Positions 1 to 6,109 of a stretch of DNA of 32,000 nt are shown piece after piece. Under the pieces are notes generated by a model. The model searched no databases, was not told the origin of the DNA, and saw nothing but the letters and a program-made list of their open reading frames with translations. The stretch comes from Patescibacteria group bacterium (GTDB lineage Bacteria > Patescibacteriota > UBA1384 > XYA2-FULL-43-10), in NCBI GenBank assembly GCA_041674405.1, contig JBAYVT010000001.1, positions 150,001 to 182,000 on the forward strand. Reading direction: 5' to 3'. Positions within the stretch are counted from its first letter, which is position 1. Each line of letters opens with the position of its first letter. Position numbers and translations under genes: made by a program.

Positions 1-2529
1 AACAGACAAAACTTCTTTTTCTGAAAAAAGCTTCGGCTCACCGGGCTGATTCACAGAATAAAGGAAGAAGCGGACGACATCGGCGCCAACTTTCTCAAAT
101 TCAGCCATCGGCTCGACAATGTTTCCCTTCGACTTCGACATTTTTTGCCCTTTTTCGTCTAGAATATGTCCTGTCGAGATAACATTTTTAAAACAAGAAT
201 TATTTTTTACAATCGTCGAGATCGCGAGAAGCGTGTAAAACCAGCCTCGGGTTTGATCGATCGCTTCGCAAATGAAATCAGCCGGGTACTGCTCAGCAAA
301 GAGTTCGCTGTTTTCGAATGGATAGTGATATTGGGCGTATGGCATGGAGCCGGAATCGAACCAGACATCCATCACTTCTGGAGTTCGTTTCATCGTTCCG
401 CCGCATTTGCAGGTGAATTCAACCTCATCAACAAATGGTTTGTGAGGATCGAAGGCAGTACCGTCAGAATTTAGATAAAATTTATGAGATAATTCATGAT
501 CAGGGCGTTCGTGTTGGAAGTATCCAGAATAATCCAAGTTCCCTAAAATCATGTTCAATGCACCATTAATGGCCCCGTGTGCAACAATAACGATTGTCTT
601 ACCAGGATATTCTTTTCCAATCTTGGCTAAAAATTCTTTGACCCTTTCTACAACATCAGCTCTCGTTTCCCCCGTGGTGCCAAGCTTAAAATTAAATCTT
701 TGTTCAGGAATTTTCTCAGTCACCAAATAATCTTGAAAATCTTTCCTGTCAAGTCTTTGTTCGGGTGTAAGCTCATTCCATTCGCCGGAGTCCAGCTCAA
801 TGATTCTGTCGTCGAATATCAATTCCGCATCTACATGTTTCTTAACGATTTCTGCGGATTGCTTTGCTCTCAACACCGGAGAAGATATTATTATGTCAAC
901 TTTGTCCTTTATTTTTTTTGCGGTTGTTTCCACCTGAGTCACACCCTTCTCTGTAAGAGGCCATTTATCAAGCGCTTTTGAATCAATATCAAGAATGTTT
1001 CTCTCCGTTTCACCGTGTCGGACAAAGATCAATTTCGTTACCTTAGTATTGCTCTCGTTGAAATCCATAAAATTGCCAACGACTTTTTTCTCGTCACACT
1101 TGTCGCAAGTCCAGACCGGGAGCGGCGTCCCCCAATATCTGTCACGGGAAATTGCCCAGTCATTGATATTTTCGAGCCAATTGCCAAAACGGCCGTGCTT
1201 TAAGTAGGCTGGGTTCCAGTTGATTGTCTCATTATTTTCAAGAAGCTCATCTCGAAGTTTCGACATCGCGATATACCAAGAATCCTTGGCAAAGTAGAGA
1301 AGCGGTGAGTCACAACGCCAGCAGAACGGATAATCATGGGCGAACATCTCTTTTTTAAATAATATTCCACGTTTTTCAAGATCGAGTTTCACTTCTTTGT
1401 CGGCGTCTTTGACAAAGCTTCCTTTGCCAGCGCCGGCAAGCTCCGTCCCCTTTTCATCAACGGTCTTTAAAACCTTGATGCCGTTCTTGCGAAAACCAAA
1501 TTCGTAATCATCCTCACCAAATGCCGGGGCAATGTGGACGATGCCGGTGCCGTCTGAATCGGTGACAAAATCGGCGACAATCAGCTTGTAAACTTTCTCT
1601 CCACCTTCAGAAAATTTATCTCCGTCCGGATAAATCGCTTCGTAATCCGGTTTGTCGGTGAAAGATGGGGCAGCAATTTCCGAACCGGTCAGCTCTTTAA
1701 TGACATTTGCACCAGGCAAAACGGCATCGAGACGGCTTTGCGCAAGTATATACTTCTCTCCGTCTTTTTCTGCCAAAACGTATTTGATATTCGGGCCAAA
1801 TGCTAGAGCGGCGTTGCCTGCGAGCGTCCAAGGCGTTGTCGTCCAGACAAGAAAATACGCATCTTCATGATTTGATTTAACCTTGATATAGACTGATTCC
1901 TCTTCAACATTCTTGTATCCCTGGGCAACCTCATGAGAAGATAACGCCGTACCGCAGCGCGGGCAATATGGCACGACTTTGTGGCCCCTGTAAAGCAAAC
2001 CTCGTTTTTCAGCTTCGGATATCACCCACCAGATCGATTCGATATATTTGGAATCGTAGGTGACATATGGATCTTTCATATCGAGCCAGTAGGCCATGCG
2101 CTCGGTCATCTTTTCCCACTCGGATTTGTAAACAAAAACCGACTCTTTGCAAAGTTTATTGAATTTGGCAACCGAAGCATTTTTGTCGCCCGGAACGATA
2201 TTCTCGATATCGCCCTTGCCAGAAATACCGAGCTCCTTCTCCACCTGAAGCTCTACCGGAAGCCCTTGCGTGTCCCAGCCTGCTTTGCGTCGGACATTGT
2301 AGCCTTGCATAGTTTTATATCGGTTGAAAAGATCTTTGAATGCGCGGTTTAGAACATGATGAATACCAGGCTTGCCGTTGGCTGTCGGCGGTCCTTCATA
2401 GAATACAAAATTGCCTTTCGGGCTATCCTTCCCAAGGCTCTTCTCAAATGTTTTATCCTCTCGCCAAAATTCGAGAATTTTCTTCTCTTCTTCCGGTAAA
2501 TTAAGTTTTGGATCAACCTTTTTGAACAT
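1..2529 (-). CDS. ileS: Isoleucyl-tRNA synthetase, N-terminal ~843 aa (C-terminus lies beyond window start)
   Basis: Manual minus-strand translation from ATG (complement at 2527-2529) reads MFKKVDPKLNLPEEEKKILEFWREDKTFEKS...PPTANGKPGIHHVLNR (HIGH-type motif), WTTTPWTL, GTGIVHIAPAFGEDD, WAISRDRYWGTPLPVW and KMSKSKGN (KMSKS). The frame stays open to position 1. It is missing from the ORF track because it has no stop inside the window. Confidence 0.95.
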   Translation of the reverse strand, partial: MFKKVDPKLNLPEEEKKILEFWREDKTFEKSLGKDSPKGNFVFYEGPPTANGKPGIHHVLNRAFKDLFNRYKTMQGYNVRRKAGWDTQGLPVELQVEKELGISGKGDIENIVPGDKNASVAKFNKLCKESVFVYKSEWEKMTERMAYWLDMKDPYVTYDSKYIESIWWVISEAEKRGLLYRGHKVVPYCPRCGTALSSHEVAQGYKNVEEESVYIKVKSNHEDAYFLVWTTTPWTLAGNAALAFGPNIKYVLAEKDGEKYILAQSRLDAVLPGANVIKELTGSEIAAPSFTDKPDYEAIYPDGDKFSEGGEKVYKLIVADFVTDSDGTGIVHIAPAFGEDDYEFGFRKNGIKVLKTVDEKGTELAGAGKGSFVKDADKEVKLDLEKRGILFKKEMFAHDYPFCWRCDSPLLYFAKDSWYIAMSKLRDELLENNETINWNPAYLKHGRFGNWLENINDWAISRDRYWGTPLPVWTCDKCDEKKVVGNFMDFNESNTKVTKLIFVRHGETERNILDIDSKALDKWPLTEKGVTQVETTAKKIKDKVDIIISSPVLRAKQSAEIVKKHVDAELIFDDRIIELDSGEWNELTPEQRLDRKDFQDYLVTEKIPEQRFNFKLGTTGETRADVVERVKEFLAKIGKEYPGKTIVIVAHGAINGALNMILGNLDYSGYFQHERPDHELSHKFYLNSDGTAFDPHKPFVDEVEFTCKCGGTMKRTPEVMDVWFDSGSMPYAQYHYPFENSELFAEQYPADFICEAIDQTRGWFYTLLAISTIVKNNSCFKNVISTGHILDEKGQKMSKSKGNIVEPMAEFEKVGADVVRFFLYSVNQPGEPKLFSEKEVLSV
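540..1035 (-). other. Histidine-phosphatase (PGAM/CobC-like) domain inserted inside IleRS
   Basis: Between CDKCDEKKVVG and DPHKPFVDEVEFTCKCGGTMKR the protein reads KLIFVRHGETERN (RHG at 1012-1020), SSPVLRAKQSAE, ELDSGEWNELT and IVIVAHGAINGAL (His codon 577-579). These are the hallmark motifs of branch-1 histidine phosphatases. Confidence 0.75.
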
Positions 2530-2554
2530 AAAATGTCCTTAATTTGAAATTTTA

Positions 2555-2585
2555 ACACTGATCTATCACACTGATTAACACTGAT
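2555..2585. repeat. Three direct copies of ACACTGAT (2555-2562, 2568-2575, 2578-2585), between the leader terminator and the ileS start
   Basis: Read directly. On the ileS strand the motif is AUCAGUGU x3, with a weaker fourth copy (UAGUGUUA) just upstream. Confidence 0.9.
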
Positions 2586-2588
2586 ATT

Positions 2589-2621
2589 AAAAAAGACCTA
2601 ACACTATTATAGCGAAAGGCC
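2589..2621 (-). terminator. Intrinsic terminator of the ileS leader (T-box terminator arm)
   Basis: The minus-strand RNA folds as GGCCU-UU-CGCUA-UAA-UAGUG-UU-AGGUC followed by UUUUUU (plus-strand A-run 2589-2594). Confidence 0.55.
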
Positions 2622-2808
2622 AATCTTTTTAGTATGTGTTGAACTTTTCACTTTATGCTTTCAACTTTATACTGAACCGATTGAGGTACCAACCTAATCA
2701 TTCTTAATTTTGGCAATTACGCTTGCCATACGGGAAGTTCTATTCACCCTTAGGGTTTTCTTCTCCCAGCTCGTCCGTTGATTGCGGACTTATGCGCTTT
2801 TTTCTTAT
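2589..2808 (-). promoter_or_regulatory. Candidate T-box riboswitch leader, Ile specifier, controlling ileS
   Basis: The minus strand has GAUUAGGUUGGUACCUCA (core at 2682-2698), against the remembered T-box consensus AAUUAGGGUGGUACCGCG. Hairpin GUCCG-CAAUCAA-CGGAC (2773-2789) has AUC then A in the loop (AUC at 2780-2782), with a 3' flanking GA resembling a K-turn. UGGU (2688-2691) would match an A73-CCA acceptor end. The antiterminator 3' strand (GAUUGG CCU, 2617-2625) overlaps the terminator 5' arm. Confidence 0.6.
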
Positions 2809-2814
2809 AAATTA

Positions 2815-2843
2815 TATATAGCACATCGCTCAGATATATTCAA
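2815..2843 (-). promoter_or_regulatory. Sigma70-like promoter for the ileS leader
   Basis: The minus strand reads TTGAAT (2838-2843), a 17-nt spacer ending in TGC (extended -10 TGn), then TATATA (2815-2820). This lies just upstream of the Stem I hairpin. Confidence 0.5.
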
Positions 2844-2914
2844 TGAGCTATTGACATAACCAATTATTTATGTTACCCTAAGATAAAGAAAATCGACTGC
2901 TAGGGGGTCTTACC

Positions 2915-3163
2915 ATGTCCAAAGCTAGTCGTATCGTTTGCGGGATCATCGCATGTCTGCTCCTCTACCCGACTTATCGGGTCGGAGCGGTTGCCCTGGA
3001 TTCAATGTACCGTTACTCGCTACTGAGCGAGCTCGACCTGATGAAGATGCCGCAGGTCGACAGATTCATCCTGGAGATGCAGTACGGGTGGCCTTTCCTC
3101 GTGGCCCTGGCCCTTTTCGTAGGAGTCCTGACCTTGGCGTACAAGGCTCTCTCACGTTATTAG
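2915..3163 (+). CDS. Small (82 aa) predicted two-helix membrane protein, G+C-rich
   Basis: ORF-track product has two hydrophobic stretches (IVCGIIACLLLY and WPFLVALALFVGVLTLAY). A strong RBS, AGGGGG, sits 7 nt before the ATG, and a terminator follows. I recognise no family. Confidence 0.6.
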   Translation: MSKASRIVCGIIACLLLYPTYRVGAVALDSMYRYSLLSELDLMKMPQVDRFILEMQYGWPFLVALALFVGVLTLAYKALSRY

Positions 3164-3198
3164 GGGTTTGAGTCAGATGAATTGGCCACAAGAGCTCG

Positions 3199-3232
3199 GG
3201 CGCCCCACTAGTTGGGGCGTTCTTGCTTTATT
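3199..3232 (+). terminator. Rho-independent terminator after the small membrane ORF
   Basis: CGCCCCA (3201-3207), loop CTAGT, TGGGGCG (3213-3219), then a T-rich tail TTCTTGCTTTATT. Confidence 0.6.
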
Positions 3233-3284
3233 ATAATCATTTGGGTCCATTGTGATATTATTATTGAAGAGTTAATAGGAAGAT

Positions 3285-3770
3285 GTGGAAATGAATCAAG
3301 AAATCTATTTGAAAATCGGAGTTGTGGTTCTAAACGAAAATGACGAAATTCTTTTGATCAAGGAGAAAGTTGATGAAGAATCAGAACCGGCGCTCAACAT
3401 CATAAAAGGGACTTTTGATAAACCTCACGAAAGTATTATCGATTGCGCCAAGCGAGAATGCTTGGAGGAAGCGGGGCTTGAGGTAGAGTTTCTAGGAGTC
3501 TTGAATATATTGACCATGCAGTCTCGCGGAAAACTCAAAATCCAGTTTAATTTTGTTGCCAGAGCAAACACCGACAAGGTTTCCCTGCCAAAAGAAAGAG
3601 GCCTCCACATTGAAGGAGAAAATATCATTGGAGAATCTTGGTTTACCAACGATCAGATTGCAGATCTAGAACCCAAAGATTTTGTTGCAGATTACACGCT
3701 ACGCATTATCCGAGAATGGATAGAAAATGGTAAAGTATATTCCCTAAATATTTTGGAAGACCAATTTTAA
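3285..3770 (+). CDS. Nudix-family hydrolase
   Basis: Contains GTFDKPHESIIDCAKRECLEEAGLE, a near-canonical Nudix box (REx2EExG). Start could be GTG 3285 or ATG 3291. Confidence 0.8.
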   Translation: MEMNQEIYLKIGVVVLNENDEILLIKEKVDEESEPALNIIKGTFDKPHESIIDCAKRECLEEAGLEVEFLGVLNILTMQSRGKLKIQFNFVARANTDKVSLPKERGLHIEGENIIGESWFTNDQIADLEPKDFVADYTLRIIREWIENGKVYSLNILEDQF

Positions 3771-3771
3771 A

Positions 3772-4425
3772 TTATTGCAAATACTTAATTGCAATTTCCG
3801 CGACTTTGTTTGCTTTCATACCATGTTTATATTTTGACTCAAGGAATTCGATCAACTTTTTTTGCTTCTCGTAACCTTCTTCGCGATGACTTGGTAAAAA
3901 TTCGCTAAATTCATAGTTCATCACAAATGTCAGCGCCTCTTTAAAATCGTTAAAACTCTCGTAAGGCAATCCGGCTTTTTTGAACTCCGGAGCAATCAGC
4001 TTATGTGTATAAAAATGTAATATTTCGTGAATAATATTCGAATTTGGATCCGGGCGGCCGAAACATACAAAAAAGTAACCTTGGCCGGTATTATATCCGC
4101 AACAAACATTGAATGTTAAAAAAGCGGTCAAATTGTCCTGCGTTTCATTGGTTTCGAAGAATTCATCAGCTTTTTTAAAAAAAGGTTTTTCAATTTTTCG
4201 CCAATTATTTTCAATCGACTTAGTTTTTTCTGCAATATAGTCTCGTTGGTTCTCAGCATTTTGAGCAAAATATTTTGTCACATCTCTCTCATTATCAGGA
4301 TCAAAACCAGACTCTTTAATTATGTAATAATTCTTCGGCTTTTCATTCGAGAGGTGATTTATCGATCCAAGCGTAGAAAAATAATTTCCGATTTCTCTCT
4401 TTGTTGAATATTTGAAAATTATCAT
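3772..4425 (-). CDS. Hypothetical protein with an HExxH motif (possible metallopeptidase-like)
   Basis: Track ORF 3772-4491. The internal ATG at 4425 leaves a 1-nt gap to the upstream stop (4427), which is the more likely start. The motif is IIHEILHFYTH. No family recognised. Confidence 0.55.
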   Translation of the reverse strand: MIIFKYSTKREIGNYFSTLGSINHLSNEKPKNYYIIKESGFDPDNERDVTKYFAQNAENQRDYIAEKTKSIENNWRKIEKPFFKKADEFFETNETQDNLTAFLTFNVCCGYNTGQGYFFVCFGRPDPNSNIIHEILHFYTHKLIAPEFKKAGLPYESFNDFKEALTFVMNYEFSEFLPSHREEGYEKQKKLIEFLESKYKHGMKANKVAEIAIKYLQ

Positions 4426-4426
4426 T

Positions 4427-5071
4427 CTATACCTCGATGTACTCTTTAAATTTTTCGAGGATGTCTGACAATTTATCTTTTTCAAGATCAATTCGATAAC
4501 CAGGGCGACTGTTTAATTCATCCAGAAGGTCATAGAACTCTTCCTCACCCAAAACTTTCAGCCCCAAGGCATCAATTTCTTTGTCTAGTATTTTATTAGC
4601 GTCAGCAACATTCTCTTCATCAGTCAAGATTTCGGCCTCAAAATAATGTCCCCAATCAGGGACTTCAACAACTGCAAATTCGACTCCACGATACTCGTAG
4701 TCATATTTTGTGTTCGCCATAAGGACATATTTTGTAAATCCGAGGATTTTTAGAAATTCGATAAAATCAGTGAATTTTTTGGTCTCAAATTCAAAATTAT
4801 ATTCTTTTCTGGCATCTTTGCCACTCCATTTGCCATATTTGCATGCTAACTCTGCTTGGCCATTTGTGATACGGATTTTAAGATCGACCGGATCATCTTT
4901 CACTTCGCGAATACTTTTTATGCTTGCGCTTTTTATCATCGAAAAGCGTTTTTTCTTGCCTAAAAAAGTGCCTTCCTTGGAGAGAAAAGAATTTAAATGC
5001 TCAAACTTTTCCGCGGTCAGTAGCCCGCGATGCTCGACTTCCATCTGCGACATATTATTCCTTATGGCCAA
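4427..5071 (-). CDS. CYTH-like (CyaB / triphosphate tunnel metalloenzyme-like) protein
   Basis: N-terminal MEVEHRG resembles the ExExK signature. DLKIRITNGQAELACKYG and VEFAVVEVPDWGHYFEAEI resemble CYTH core strands. The assignment is from motif memory only. Confidence 0.5.
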   Translation of the reverse strand: MAIRNNMSQMEVEHRGLLTAEKFEHLNSFLSKEGTFLGKKKRFSMIKSASIKSIREVKDDPVDLKIRITNGQAELACKYGKWSGKDARKEYNFEFETKKFTDFIEFLKILGFTKYVLMANTKYDYEYRGVEFAVVEVPDWGHYFEAEILTDEENVADANKILDKEIDALGLKVLGEEEFYDLLDELNSRPGYRIDLEKDKLSDILEKFKEYIEV

Positions 5072-5099
5072 ATTTAAAAAGTAGTATTATTATTTTACT

Positions 5100-6101
5100 A
5101 TGGAAAACAAACTAATTACCAGTCTAAATAAATTTTACAGTTTAGATATTACTCGGATTGTTGCCAAAGCTAAGGGCGGATTTTTGAGTGATAATATGAT
5201 TGTGGCAAACAAAGACCAAAAATTCTTTCTACGCAAATACCGTGACAAATATTCCAGTGATGATATTGCAAGTATACACAAAAGTAAGCAATTTTTCTTC
5301 GAACATGGCATTCCCATAATCATGCCGATTAAAACCGTAAATGGAGACACATTCGTTGAAATTACTGGTAAATTTTATGGATTATTTCCATTTATCGAAG
5401 AAAAAGATATTAACCGAAACAAGCTAAACGACGACGTTTTAATATCAATCGCTCAGATGCAAGCGAAAATGCATCTTTTGAGTAAAGATGGAACGCCAAA
5501 AGTTACTGTAGAATCGAAAAATGTTTGGGATAAAAAAAAATCTTTACAAATGGCAAAGGAATTTGGAAAAATCATTTCACAGAAAAAATTATTAAATGGA
5601 TTTGATCGCTTAGCAAGGAAATTTATTAGGCTAAAGAAGAAAATAATTGAAGAAAATAAATTAAAGTTTGAAGATTTGAACATCAGGTCAGATCACCTGG
5701 TTCATGGTGATTTCCATGCCGGTAATCTGTTTTATGACGATAACGATACGGTAAAATATGTATTCGATCTCGAAAAAACGATTTTCGCGCCACGGGCATT
5801 TGAGCTTGTTAGGTCAATCATATTTATATGTTTCAGTAAGGGCTTTGAAAAGGGCATGGAAAAAGCCGGTTTGTATTTGAAAGCTTATCACAAAATATAT
5901 CCGATCTCGGATTCAGAATTTCGGGCAGGATTTCTCATGAGATATCTTGATATGGCTCATTCTTTCTGGATCGAAGAGCATCATTATCTAAAGAAGTACT
6001 ACAAAACAGATGTTTTATACCGAGACGATTTTATAAAACTAGAATATTTTTCCCGTGATATCAAGGGCGTGATTCGGAGAATATTAAAAAACGCGAAATA
6101 G
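5100..6101 (+). CDS. Phosphotransferase of the APH / choline-kinase / homoserine-kinase-II family
   Basis: LVHGDFHAGNLFYDDNDTVKYVFDLEKT contains the HxDxxxxN catalytic loop and a downstream D-x-E metal-binding motif. Confidence 0.75.
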   Translation: MENKLITSLNKFYSLDITRIVAKAKGGFLSDNMIVANKDQKFFLRKYRDKYSSDDIASIHKSKQFFFEHGIPIIMPIKTVNGDTFVEITGKFYGLFPFIEEKDINRNKLNDDVLISIAQMQAKMHLLSKDGTPKVTVESKNVWDKKKSLQMAKEFGKIISQKKLLNGFDRLARKFIRLKKKIIEENKLKFEDLNIRSDHLVHGDFHAGNLFYDDNDTVKYVFDLEKTIFAPRAFELVRSIIFICFSKGFEKGMEKAGLYLKAYHKIYPISDSEFRAGFLMRYLDMAHSFWIEEHHYLKKYYKTDVLYRDDFIKLEYFSRDIKGVIRRILKNAK

Positions 6102-6109
6102 CGAAATAG

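Noticed and set aside
166-2352. Six plus-strand track ORFs (62-123 aa) across the first 2.4 kb
   Set aside because: They are antisense or off-frame shadows of the uninterrupted minus-strand ileS reading frame. None has a recognisable motif or RBS.
2602-2607. Perfect TATAAT on the ileS strand, initially read as the ileS promoter -10
   Set aside because: No acceptable -35 lies at 16-18 nt. The hexamer falls in the apical part of the leader terminator hairpin, and a better promoter lies upstream at 2815-2843.
2851-2879. TTGACA (2851-2856) as a plus-strand promoter for the small membrane ORF
   Set aside because: The hexamer at 17-nt spacing is only TACCCT, and TAAGAT is 22 nt away. It is plausible but too weak to list as a feature.
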